A stretch of DNA of 51,296 bases from Candidatus Woesearchaeota archaeon (GTDB lineage: Archaea > Nanobdellota > Nanobdellia > Woesearchaeales > BM511), in the NCBI GenBank assembly GCA_018221135.1, contig JAAOYB010000017.1, forward strand, positions 1 through 51,296, in the 5' to 3' direction. The position numbers and the translations under genes were made by a program. Positions 36,735 through 48,300 of this stretch are shown here, one piece after another (position 1 is the stretch's first letter; each line of letters starts with the position of its first letter). Under the pieces are notes generated by a model. It searched no databases. It had not been told where the DNA came from and saw only the letters and a program-made list of their open reading frames with translations.

Positions 36735-39047
36735 TTAGTAGTTGAACAAGTTCTTTTGACTCTCACCTTGTATTAAGTCATCAAACTTCTTATCAAAAAA
36801 TACGAGTACGCTATCAGCTATTGGCTTGATTTGTTTTTCTATGTAGTGATTATAATCAATGTTCGAAGTGGTTTTCTGGGTTGGTTGCGGCCCATCAACT
36901 GTCATGACGTAACTAATAATCGTGCTATCAATCTTGTCAAGGAGACGCGCGGCTTTTACGTGCGGCGGAGTAGTCTTAACGTATTCATCAAGGTTCTTCC
37001 TGAGCGCTTTTTTGTATATTAAGTCGTTATCATAACTGCCTTTTTTTACGTCTTTTACGAAGCCCTGTATGAACGACTCTACTGGTTTTTCTTTGAATAC
37101 TAAATCTAAGAGACCGAGTTGAAAGTGCTTGCTGACTTCTGTCCAGTCACGTCTTACAAACTCTAACCCTGTGAATTCTAGTTTTGTGCTACCATCGCTT
37201 TTTTCTCTAAGACCCGCGTACCTCTTCTTACTACCCTGTTCTCCTCCTCTCACTTTTGGCATAAAGAATTTTTTGAAGACTTTATCGAACTCTATTTCTA
37301 ACATGTTCTCTCTAGAATAATTTTTTTTGATTATTTTTGTGAAGTAATCGTTGATGTAAGAACTAATCGTGTCCCCTATTTTCTTTGCTTGCGCGTAGTT
37401 TTTGGCGTCTGCGTTTACGAAAACGCTGTCTGTGTCTCCGTATATGACTTCGTAGCCTTTCTTCGATATTAACTCTGATGTTTTCTTTATGAGGAACTGG
37501 CCGAAGTGAGTGATTGCGTTGGCTACTTCTGTGCTGAAAAACCGACACGTTGGGTTAGCAAGCACTCCAAAGAAACTGTTCATCAAAATCTTTATAGCGT
37601 AGCTTTTCAAATCATTATTTTCTTTTTTGGCTTTGTCACGTTCTTGCCATAATCGTTGAATAATACCTGGCAGTATTCCTTCTTCGTTTCTAAACAATGC
37701 TCCGTTAGGAGCCTCGACGACGCTCCCGGTTTTCTTGGTGGTGTGACTGTAGGGGTCTATGTTGAACGTTCTGATAATACTTGGGTATAGGCTTTTAAAA
37801 TCAAGTACTAATACGTAATCATAAATCCCTGGTTGTGACGCTTGAACATACCCTCCAGTTATTCTTTCTTCTTTACTAGCAAACGGCGTTGTTACCGCGA
37901 CGACTCCTTTTTCTCTTAGCGCCCTTAAGTACAAGCTATCTAAACTAGCAATACTTGCCTTAACCCGCTCTAATGGGAGGCCTGTTAAGAAACTCCTGCT
38001 AATAGTAATACCCATAACACCTGTTTTGTCAAGGATTCCGAGTACTAACTCGGAGTCTTTTAAGTTGTAATCGACGAGTTTTTGTTTGTTATTAGCGTAG
38101 GCTTCTTCTATTTCGAGTCCTTTGTTCTCGTCTCCTATAATCTTTTTTTCTCCTAGTAATTCGTGCGCAGCAGTTGATAATTTGTAATCATCTAAGCTAA
38201 CAAAACTGCTTTTTAATAGGTGAATCCCATCAAGGACGACCCTCCCATTAAAATCCGCGTTTGAATCCCTAAAATAATCTCTTTCCACCCTTATACTTAC
38301 TTCTTCACTGCTTCTGCCAAGATTGAATTCGACTCCGTGTTTTTTGTACATGCGTCTAAGAACGTTAAAATCGAAGTCGATAACATTCCAACCCACTATG
38401 ACGTCTGGGTCTAACTCCTTTATTTTTTGTTTGAATAATATGAGGGCTTCCTTCTCAGAAGAAACACTTATCGCATTCTTTAGTTTTTCTTCTGCCACGA
38501 TTATTACGTTCTTATAATCTTTTAAGACCAAAGATATACTGTAGAGTTTCTTTGCGTCTTTGCTCGTCTCGATATCAATTGATAAAACTTTGAGGTTTGG
38601 GTAAAACTCATCTATTGGTTCGATTTCTGGATTGGTAAATATTAAGTCAACAAAATCGCCTTTGACAGGTTTAGAATCAGTCTTGAAAGTTCTAAGAATT
38701 TCTAAGTCCATAAGTATTCTTTGAGGTGTTAAGATGTCTGCTTCGAACACGCTTATCTGGTTATCAACAAATAAGTCTCTGCCGATTTTTAATTCTATGG
38801 AATTCTTAAAAATCGCTTTTACAACTTTTTCGCCATCAAAATTCTTGAAACTCGTTTTCTCAAAATCAGCGTTTCTGAATAAGCCAACCGCTTTTTTTCG
38901 GTCTTTTTCTCTGATATAAAAATAAGGCTTGGTATCATCTAATACTATCTTGAAACTCTCGCCGCTTCTTAGACGCCCGTAGTACTCCACCAAGTTTTTT
39001 TGGTTTACTACCTTGCTTCTCTGATACAAGATGTAACCGGTATACAT
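36735..39047 (-). CDS. polB: Family B DNA polymerase, bacterial Pol II-like
   Basis: Exonuclease DIET, GWNVIDFD, YNLKD; polymerase DFKSLYPSIIRTFNIDP, KILMNSFFG, YGDTDS, GSKKRYAGL. Confidence 0.93.
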   Translation of the reverse strand: MYTGYILYQRSKVVNQKNLVEYYGRLRSGESFKIVLDDTKPYFYIREKDRKKAVGLFRNADFEKTSFKNFDGEKVVKAIFKNSIELKIGRDLFVDNQISVFEADILTPQRILMDLEILRTFKTDSKPVKGDFVDLIFTNPEIEPIDEFYPNLKVLSIDIETSKDAKKLYSISLVLKDYKNVIIVAEEKLKNAISVSSEKEALILFKQKIKELDPDVIVGWNVIDFDFNVLRRMYKKHGVEFNLGRSSEEVSIRVERDYFRDSNADFNGRVVLDGIHLLKSSFVSLDDYKLSTAAHELLGEKKIIGDENKGLEIEEAYANNKQKLVDYNLKDSELVLGILDKTGVMGITISRSFLTGLPLERVKASIASLDSLYLRALREKGVVAVTTPFASKEERITGGYVQASQPGIYDYVLVLDFKSLYPSIIRTFNIDPYSHTTKKTGSVVEAPNGALFRNEEGILPGIIQRLWQERDKAKKENNDLKSYAIKILMNSFFGVLANPTCRFFSTEVANAITHFGQFLIKKTSELISKKGYEVIYGDTDSVFVNADAKNYAQAKKIGDTISSYINDYFTKIIKKNYSRENMLEIEFDKVFKKFFMPKVRGGEQGSKKRYAGLREKSDGSTKLEFTGLEFVRRDWTEVSKHFQLGLLDLVFKEKPVESFIQGFVKDVKKGSYDNDLIYKKALRKNLDEYVKTTPPHVKAARLLDKIDSTIISYVMTVDGPQPTQKTTSNIDYNHYIEKQIKPIADSVLVFFDKKFDDLIQGESQKNLFNY

Positions 39048-39153
39048 AAAAAATGATGTAACAAAATTGTTTATTTAAACTTTATCAATAATAGTCTGGT
39101 GAAGAGCTTTTCTAGGCAATTTTTATAAATAAAACACGACCACCAATACTATT

Positions 39154-40890
39154 ATGACTCGTTTAGCAATTATTAACAAGGATAAGTGCAGCCCTGTGAA
39201 GTGTGGCGAGCTTTGCGCAAAGATATGCCCTGTTAATCGTATGGGAGAAGAATGCATCAAGATAAGCAAGAAGGCCGTGATAGACGAAGTCCTATGCACG
39301 GGTTGCGGGATTTGCCCAAAGAAATGCCCGTTTGACGCTATCATGATAATAAACTTGCCAGAAGCCTTGAATAAGCCACCGATTCATAGGCATGGTATTA
39401 ATGGATTCGAATTATTTAGTCTTCCTACGCCTACTTTTGGTAAAGTAACAGGGATTATTGGTCGCAACGGCATTGGTAAAAGCACTGCATTAAAAATAAT
39501 CGCGGGGTTACTAAAGCCTAACCTGGGGCGTATCGGAGAAGAAGCAAGTTATGATGAATTAATAGATTATTTTAAAGGAACAGAAGCTCAGACCTTCGTA
39601 GAGAACCTGCGAGACGGCAAAATCGTGGTTAGTTATAAACCTCAAGAAGTAGAGCAAATACCCAAGCACTTCAAAGGAACTGTAAAACAATTATTAAAAA
39701 AAGTCGATGAGAAAAAAGGGTACGAAAAAATAATAGAGGCTCTTGAGTTAGAAAAATTTCTTGACACAGACATCTCCAAAATTAGTGGTGGGGAATTGCA
39801 ACGAGTTGCTATCGCGGCGACCGTGCTAAAAAAAGCCAATCTGTACTTATTTGATGAACCGGCTAGTTATCTTGATATCAAGCAACGAATAAAAATCTCA
39901 AAATTTATTAGGGGTTTAGCTGACGAAGAAACCGCGGTTCTCGTAATCGAACACGACTTAATCATCCTTGATTACATGACTGACGCTGTTCACATAATGT
40001 ATGGTAGAGAAGGCGGGTTTGGGATTGTTAGCCAGCCAAAAACTACTCGGGTAGCAATCAATGTTTACTTGGAAGGGTACTTACGAGAGGAGAACATTCG
40101 TTTTAGGGATTACGAAATCAAGTTTTTGTCCAAGCCTGCTGAGCAAATCAAAGCTCAAGTCGACTTTGCTAGTTGGAATGATATCAAAGAAAGCTTTGGT
40201 CGCTTTGAGTTAAGTGCTAAGAGCGGCAAAATCAAGACTAACGAAGTCGTTGGGATCCTTGGAGAGAACGGGATTGGTAAGACTAGCTTTGTAAAAACAT
40301 TAGCTAGTAAAGCTAAGGAGTTGGGTCTTGGTGAGGTTAAGATTAGTTACAAGCCTCAATACCTAGAAAAAAACGACACCGTGGTCAGGGCGTTCTTGGA
40401 TAAAGCGATAAAGAAGTATGGTAATACTTTGATAAAACCTTTGAATCTTGAGCCTTTACTTGATAAGACTCTTGAACAAGTTAGTGGTGGGGAGCTTCAA
40501 AGAATTTACATCGCTAGAGTGCTTAGTGAGCCTGCTGAGTTATTCTTGCTTGATGAACCTTCTGCTTACCTTGATGTTGAGCAACGATTAGTTGTTAGCA
40601 AGGTTGTTAATGAGATGATGAGCGTTATGGACGCCTCAGCTTTGATTGTTGATCACGACTTGTTATTCGTTGATTACCTTAGTGATAGATTACTTGTTTT
40701 TGAGGGTGAACCCGCGATTAGAGGCGAGGCTAAAGGACCCTTCTCGATGGGGGAGGGTATGAATGTATTCTTAGAAGGTCTTAACATGACTTTTAGAAGA
40801 GACCCCGACAGCAATAGGCCGAGGGCGAACAAACCTGAAAGCCAAAAAGATAGAGAACAAAAAACAGCGGGGAAACTATATTATATTTAG
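39154..40890 (+). CDS. rli1: Ribosome recycling ATPase ABCE1/Rli1
   Basis: N-terminal twin Fe-S Cys motifs, two nucleotide-binding domains (GRNGIGKS, GENGIGKT, SGGELQR), RPRANK. Confidence 0.97.
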   Translation: MTRLAIINKDKCSPVKCGELCAKICPVNRMGEECIKISKKAVIDEVLCTGCGICPKKCPFDAIMIINLPEALNKPPIHRHGINGFELFSLPTPTFGKVTGIIGRNGIGKSTALKIIAGLLKPNLGRIGEEASYDELIDYFKGTEAQTFVENLRDGKIVVSYKPQEVEQIPKHFKGTVKQLLKKVDEKKGYEKIIEALELEKFLDTDISKISGGELQRVAIAATVLKKANLYLFDEPASYLDIKQRIKISKFIRGLADEETAVLVIEHDLIILDYMTDAVHIMYGREGGFGIVSQPKTTRVAINVYLEGYLREENIRFRDYEIKFLSKPAEQIKAQVDFASWNDIKESFGRFELSAKSGKIKTNEVVGILGENGIGKTSFVKTLASKAKELGLGEVKISYKPQYLEKNDTVVRAFLDKAIKKYGNTLIKPLNLEPLLDKTLEQVSGGELQRIYIARVLSEPAELFLLDEPSAYLDVEQRLVVSKVVNEMMSVMDASALIVDHDLLFVDYLSDRLLVFEGEPAIRGEAKGPFSMGEGMNVFLEGLNMTFRRDPDSNRPRANKPESQKDREQKTAGKLYYI

Positions 40891-40895
40891 TTAAA

Positions 40896-41588
40896 ATGTC
40901 TTTGTTTAAGCTTAAAAAAAACGTTTTTCGAAAGAAGAACACCAAAAAAATTAGTAGTAATCAAAAATACTTAGTTAGTATTGCTGGTTTTGCCTTGACA
41001 TTACTAGTGTTTTTACTTGTTTTTCAGTACTACGCGTTTGATACTAACACTCACCAAGAAAGACAAAGACTAGCTAAAGTTTATCAAGATTTTAATAATG
41101 ACACATTAGTTGATGAGAAGACAAACGAAGTCGTCGGCTTCCTAAAAAACAAGAACGGCCTTGACCCAACTTTTTTTGGTAGTGATGAGATAAGTCATTT
41201 AGAAGATGTTAAAAAAATATTTAGGACAACAACTTATATTACTTACGCGCTAATAATCTTAATAGCTTTCTTGTTCTACAAGATTCATGAACAAAAAGAA
41301 AAAAAATTATTGTATTATTACACTTTTTTGGTTAGTGCTTATTCTGGGATGGCTTTAATCTTGATTGGTAGCATTAACTTTTTCTTCTTATTTGACTTGA
41401 TGCACGCCGTGTTATTTCCTCAAGGAAACTATGCTTTTAACCCAGCAGTTAGTAATATGATAAGATTATTTCCAGTAATGTTCTTTTTTGGAATCTTTTC
41501 AAAAATACTAACTATGTTACTATACTTTCTAATACTGTTTTTGATAACGGCTCGTATCATTAATAAAAAGAATAAAGGTTTTTTTTAG
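40896..41588 (+). CDS. DUF1461-like integral membrane protein
   Basis: EISHLEDVKKIF, FDLMHAVLFPQGNY, MIRLFP..FF. Confidence 0.8.
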   Translation: MSLFKLKKNVFRKKNTKKISSNQKYLVSIAGFALTLLVFLLVFQYYAFDTNTHQERQRLAKVYQDFNNDTLVDEKTNEVVGFLKNKNGLDPTFFGSDEISHLEDVKKIFRTTTYITYALIILIAFLFYKIHEQKEKKLLYYYTFLVSAYSGMALILIGSINFFFLFDLMHAVLFPQGNYAFNPAVSNMIRLFPVMFFFGIFSKILTMLLYFLILFLITARIINKKNKGFF

Positions 41589-42301
41589 TTAATCTTCCTA
41601 GCTAGTGTTATAAATCCTGTGTGTTGGAAATCCTTTGTTACTGGGCGAACACTTCTACCCTCAGCATTCCATTCGCGCTCGATTACCTCAACGGTTTTTA
41701 CATGCATATAATTCTCAGGCAATGCGTTTACTAACGTGTTGTTTTGTGTGATGCAAGGATTATAAGACGCCAAGAAACCACCAATTTTTAGGGTTTTATC
41801 AACGTTAGGCAACGCTTTTTCTGGGCTAGGCACATCAAGAACGAAAAGGTCTCCTTTTTCTTTAACACTTATCTTGTCAACGTAGATATCGAGTTTTTTT
41901 GCGGTTACGTTTTTTAATCCGAGCTTCTCTGCGTTTTCTTTTAATATTTTGATGTGGTCTTCTCGGTTGTCAAAACTGTAAACTTTCTTAGCATAATTAG
42001 CAAAGAAACACGCCGCTGCGCCGCTGCCACTACCACAATCAAAGACTATTGAGTTCTTATCAACCATGGTGTTTGATAGTATGAATCCCAAGTCTTTTGG
42101 CACCATTATCTGTGCTCCTCGCTTAATGTTTTCGTACTCGTCTTTTTTAGTACTATCAAAGCAAAAGAATTCTTTTTTGGTATTAGTCTTAACAACGCCT
42201 TTTTTGAAGTCCGCGCTTTTTATCATGCCGTCTTTGCAATGAAAATCTTTAGTGGAGTCTTTTACTAAGTAAGTCTTTTTTTTATCAGTTAATACTTTCA
42301 T
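41585..42301 (-). CDS. trmI: tRNA (adenine57/58-N1)-methyltransferase TrmI
   Basis: RGAQIMVPKD, DCGSGSG, LDVPSP, YNPCITQ, HTGFI. Confidence 0.92.
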   Translation of the reverse strand: MKVLTDKKKTYLVKDSTKDFHCKDGMIKSADFKKGVVKTNTKKEFFCFDSTKKDEYENIKRGAQIMVPKDLGFILSNTMVDKNSIVFDCGSGSGAAACFFANYAKKVYSFDNREDHIKILKENAEKLGLKNVTAKKLDIYVDKISVKEKGDLFVLDVPSPEKALPNVDKTLKIGGFLASYNPCITQNNTLVNALPENYMHVKTVEVIEREWNAEGRSVRPVTKDFQHTGFITLARKIN

Positions 42302-42337
42302 ATAAAGAAAAGAAAAGAAATACCTTAATTATAAGTT

Positions 42338-45300
42338 TTATGCTTCTGCTATTACTGGGTCAATGACTCCGCCATCCCAACCAGCTTGTACTAATAAATC
42401 CCTTATATGGGTGTGCTCTACGCCTTTTGAGATCATGTTAGTAACGTAGTTTTTTACTTTCTCCACGTCGTCATGGACTTCGTGGACTTCGTGAAGTACC
42501 ATCTCAACGAAGTGCTCAGCCCACTTAGCATTGATTAAGTGGTGCTTGATAGTGTCATTGCTAAGCCCCGTCGCCTTGGCTTTTTTGATATACTCTGCTA
42601 ATACTTTTAAGTTATCTCTGCAACTCTTCCTCTTCAAGGCTTCTTCTACTAAGTCAGCAGGCCAACCTTTCTCTTTTAGCATCTCTTTAACTTTTGATAT
42701 AGGAACCCCTTTTTGGTGCGTCTCATTTAAGTACTTAACAACTGGTTCTAATTCTTGTTCTGAAAAACCAATCTTTTCTTTTTCTATACCTTCCAATTGG
42801 ATTTTTCTCTCTTTAAGTGGGTCTTCGTTTAAGTGTTCCAAATCACTTATTTGTTTTGGGGTACTCATAGCAACGCTGACTTCAGGAACAGGAACTACCG
42901 GGGTGGGTGTTTGTATAGGTACTCGTTGCGCGACGCTTTGACGTATCAATTCATCAGGTGTCAACTCATCATCATCTTTTTTCGGTTTCTTTTCCTCGTG
43001 CTTTTTCTTTCTAACAAAGACTACTAATAGTATTGCTCCTGCGATGATTAGTACTAGGGCAGTGATTCCTCCACCTATTAAGACCCAAGGATTCTTAGCA
43101 AAAGACAAGATTGTTTGCCATAAGTTTTCTTGGCCTGCGCCTGTCTCGCCTGGCTGAGTTGGTTGCGTAGTTGGGGGTGGTGGAGGAACTACTGGAGGAG
43201 GCACTATAGGAGTAGTAGGGGAAGTGCTAGTAGCTGGGCATCTGAAAGGACAACTGCCTCCGCAATCGATTCCTTCTTCGTCTTGGTTTCTAACACCATC
43301 TGTGCAAGTCTCTATTCTGCCGATGATTGGTTCTTCACTACGGCTAGAAGAAGAGGAGGTGGAGGAGCGAGATGGAGGATTTTGGGGGGAACATTGTTGG
43401 TCAGAACCAGAGTAATCCTCATCTACTCCATTACCACACACCTCAGAGTCAGCTTGATCCTCAGCTAATACGAAAGCGCTAAAAGCGTTGACTACTAAGT
43501 AGATAGTCTTAGCAGATGTGTTTATCGTAAAGCTGGTGTGAGTAGTCATATCAGTGTAATCTATTTGGTTGTTTGAGAAGTTGTATCCGAACTCGAATAT
43601 TATTAAGTCTCCAGAATTATTTATCATCGCTTCGTACGCTGAGTAATTCAGTTGAACGTAGTACTGCCCGGAGAAGTCTGAGAGTATTTCTACGCCGACT
43701 GCGTCTAAGACTTCGTACCTGTCTCCTTCGTAAAGGACGCTTGTGTTGCTTCCTAGTCTTATCGCGTCGTAATCAACAGTTACAACGTTGATATCAAAGA
43801 AGCTCACATTCAAATACGAGAAGTCAAGTATGTTGAATCTCTCAGTTCCGAACTCGTAACTCGTCGCTTGTGGTGTTATCCTCATGCTGAAATTGGTTTG
43901 GTTAGGAAGTATTATGCTTGTGGGGTTTATCTGAGTAGAGTGTAGTGAGCCGTCTGATAAGTTGTAAAAGTCAAAGATTAAGTTTACTGAGCTGTTTATA
44001 CTAACATTATTAGTTGAGCTATCAATTACTGATACGCTCACATTGTTTGAGAGAGCTGTTTCCCCACCTGAATCTGTGACGTTAAAAATAACCCAGGTGT
44101 CACCGAAGTAATCCGTTGCTGGGGTGATGTTAACTATGGAGTTATTCCAAGTAAGGGTAAGGTTGGGTCCGAATAAATAAAAATCCAGTTCTAATATTTC
44201 ATTATCATCGTAATCAGAGATGTAAGGAAAAATATCAAATGAGTAACTATCATTAAGCAAAATCGTTAAGTCATTTATTTCATCTAACCCTGTAGGAGCG
44301 AATTCTTTAGTGTAAATTCCTAGTTCGTCAAGCCAAACAACTCCGCTTGGAATCAAGTCATAAATAGAACTAAATGATGTTTCTATTAATACAGGATAAT
44401 GCTCGCTTAGATCATAGTAATAAGCAGATCCTGATAAGTAATCTAAAAAGAACGAAGAAGTTATTTTTGGATTTGATAAATCATCTATGTTTAGTTTGGT
44501 TGATTGATTGCTTGATAAGTTATACTGATAAACTGAGAGGTTATCATAATAAACAAATTCTGCGTTCTCATCAAAGACTAAATAAGAGATTATTGTGTTG
44601 CTAAAAAGAGGTGTATTTGTGTATGTATTGCTTGATAAGTTATGCTTGATTAAATAGTAATCATAAAGCCCTCCAGAAAAATTAAAATGATAAGCATAGA
44701 TTACTCCATTAACTATCTTAGCAGAGTAGAGATACGTTAGGTTTTGGGGTAATATGACTTGATTTGTAATATTATAATATACTAAAAACTCATTTGATTG
44801 ATTAGAAACTTCATAAATTTTCTCGTTGTTATCATTGTAAACTGTTGAGAGAAGACTCCAATTATTCAGTGTTGGAGAATACTCAGCTACCATACTACTA
44901 TTGGTTAAGTTATAATATATGATTCCATAATAATCTGTTAATACCTCGGTGTTGTTAATTGTGTAGTTAAGAATTGTGTAAGAGATTATGTCGTCTTTTA
45001 TTGAGCTATCAAGATAAAATGATTTATTATTTGAGTACAAGGAATAAACTAGTGAATTAGTTGTTAAGTTGTAAACTGATAGTCTTGACTCGAAACCCTC
45101 TGTTGAGTAATTAACATTGTCCACCACGTACGAAACTATTAATTTATCATTATCGTAACGTATTGCTTGAGAATCAAGATCTGCGTAGTTATGACTTGTA
45201 ACTACTTTTTTGTTTCTTCCAAACCAAGGAGCCCGATTCCTAGGAACATAATTAAAGCTCAAACTACCAATGTTTCCGGCGGTGTCATTAGCGTAAATCG

Positions 45301-48300
45301 TTATGTTACTCTGATTATTAGGACTAGCAAAGTTAGAAACAAAATACATCGTAGCACCGTAACCCACATAGTTGTCGTACTTAGAAGTGAAGTTATGAGT
45401 CGTTGTGTTAATAGGTGTTTCTTCAACCACCCAGATTTTATCGTAAGCATTGGCTTCGCCGATACCAAATATTATCTCAAAGTAATCAGTGAATAAGTAA
45501 TCAGGTATTGTTAAGTTCTCCACACTAGGCGGCGTGGTATCAAGAACAAAGCTTTTCCCAAAATATGAGCCTCCACCGTACAAATCACTATAAGTAATAA
45601 TAATGGAGTAATCCCCATCACCTGCTGAGCTAATATTGATTAATGAGACGTTATTGATGTATTTTTCTTCGGGTGTGTTATTTATTTCATAATACTGCGC
45701 TACTCCCCCAGTTGAGTTCGTAATGTTTACTTCTAAGAACCAAACAAAACTCGTGTTAATTGTTAAGTTAAAAACTCCGGGGGTGATGCTTGGAATCTGA
45801 GCTAATATACTAGCTGAGTCAATGCTTGGAGTTGAGGTGTCATAATAGAATGGAACAATTATGCTAGCTGAATTGTTGGATTCATCTGTTAAGTTAAACT
45901 CTATCTCTAATGATTCATATTCTAAAGTATTATTAATGAAGTAAACTGTGTAGTAAGGAGTTAAGTATCCTTCTACGTCTTCGGTGTTATTCAAAAAAGT
46001 GTTAGTAGCGTTCTTTACCGCGTAACTCACCGTTTTTGGCGTCAAATCCCCAAGTAAGAAAGTAAAGAATCCCATGTCTTCAAAAACTGTGATTGAGGAG
46101 TTGTACATGTAAACTCCTCCGCTTCTTTGAGGATAACTAAGCGCCGGAGTCGTAGAATTATAAACTTGGATTACCGCGCTTGTTAGCGTAGTGTTTGCTT
46201 GGACAAAACTTATATTGTTTAATTTTATTATGACGTCGTTGTTTGACGCCGCGTAGTAAGAAGCGCTGCTACCAACACTTATGCTTTTTGGCTGCAAATC
46301 AACTAGTACTTCTATGTGAGTCTGGTTGATATCAAGTATTTCTACGAATCTGGTGTTGTATGTGAATGTGTCGCCTTGGCTTACTCTTAGCTCATCACTA
46401 AACAAGGGTCTTAGGTAGAAGAGTTCTGGATTTGAGCGATCAAGCAATATTATTTGTTCGTATGAATCGTACTCAAAGAACTCATTTGCCGCGATGACTT
46501 TTAATGTGTAGGCTCCGTCACTCAGTGAAGAGACGTCTATAGTGTTTTGTAGGTTTTGTGTTAGTTGACTAACATTACTAGAGTTAAGTGTTTGGTTAAA
46601 CCAAGCAACTACGCCTAACTCATCTACTAGTTGATAAGCTAATACAAACGAATCAGTAGTATTGATACTTATGTTAAAATCACTCTGCGTCTTGTTAGGC
46701 GCACTGACAGATACTATTTCTGGGCTGTACTCATAAATCGTGATGTTTATTATTTCTTGTGCGCTTTTATTAAAGTAATCTGTGCTGTTAATCGTGACTG
46801 TGTGAGTGTCAAAACTGTAACCAGGATCGTAATTAATACTGTAATATATTGTGTTGTTATCTATATAATCATAAAATATTGATTGGTTCTGTACTAAGTC
46901 ATTGTTTGAATCTCTAGCCTGATACTTAGTAATCACGCTTGGAGAGTACTGCGTAACTGAAAAACTTAGAAGTAAAGGCGTCTTCGAGAACATCAAGGTA
47001 TTATAGTAATCACTAAAAACTACTTGGCTGCTTGGAGCATAATAATTATCAGGTAAAGTAACACTCTCATTTTTTATGTAGACAAAAGCCTTTGATAAGT
47101 TGTCAAAGCCTTCTATTATGAAAGGATGAACGTTAGACAAGTACACTCCCTCAAATAATGAGGAAACGCCCTTTAATAATGTGATTGTTGTTTGGTTAAC
47201 AAGCACAGTAATATAATTATTGTTAAGGCTGATAAGAGTGATGTTCTTTCCATAAGCTAAGATTGTGTTGTTTATGTATAAGTAGTAATCATCACTGGTC
47301 TTGCCTGTTGGCGTATTTATTATTGGTGCGTTGTGGGCTTTTACGAAACTCACATCGACGTTTTGCTCGGATGTTTGCTCATTACCACTACTATCAGCGC
47401 AGACAACGTAATAAGTGTAATATCCTTCTTCTGTAAGATTAATTTCACACTCATAATTCGTTCCTGAAACAGCTTGGCAGAACCCTTCTCCGTCCGCTGC
47501 GTTTGGTGTTTTGTAATTCACGTCGTACGGGCTGTAAACACAATTCAAGCCAGTCTCGCTACCACTAAAATATATGGTTGTGTTGGTTTGTGTTGAGTCA
47601 TAATAATACCCTAATATTGGCGTGGTCCAGTTATCAACGCTTGTTATTTGTATACTAGCTGGCGGGTCGACGTCGAAGTAGTATATCCCGTTTGTAGAGC
47701 TAAGATTACTAGTTAAGTTTAAGTGGTTAACAGCGTAGACATCAAAATAATACTCTACAGCGTTTTGTAAGGGTAAGTCGTACTCTGTTACTTGCAAGTA
47801 CTCTGTTTGAGTCCAATCAACTATGGTTGTGGTGTTATCTCTTAATCTATAAACATAGTAATCTATTCCTGATTCCAAATCAATACTCTCACTCCACTCC
47901 GCGCTTAGGCTCTTACTTGTAGTCCACGCTCCGTAATCACTAGCAATCACGCTTGATGGCGGCGTGCTGTCTACTCTTATACTTATTATGTTGCTGGTGC
48001 TTGGGTACTCAACGTAGTTGCCCGCATTATCCCAAGTTCTTAGCTTAAAACGATAACACCTACCATCACTAAGACCAACAAGGGTGCTTGAGCCGTTAGG
48101 GCTGTGTGATAAGTTACGGTAAGGATCAAAACTCGTGTACGCCCCGCAGTTACCTGTGATTACGTTTATCGGAGACCAACTCATCAATAATTCTACTTTG
48201 TTTATGTTTATCCCGCTTAAGTCATCGTAACCACTCGCGTATCTTATACTAACATTTCTTATGGTGCTTGAGATGTTCTCGTAAACTGCTCCGCTATAAT

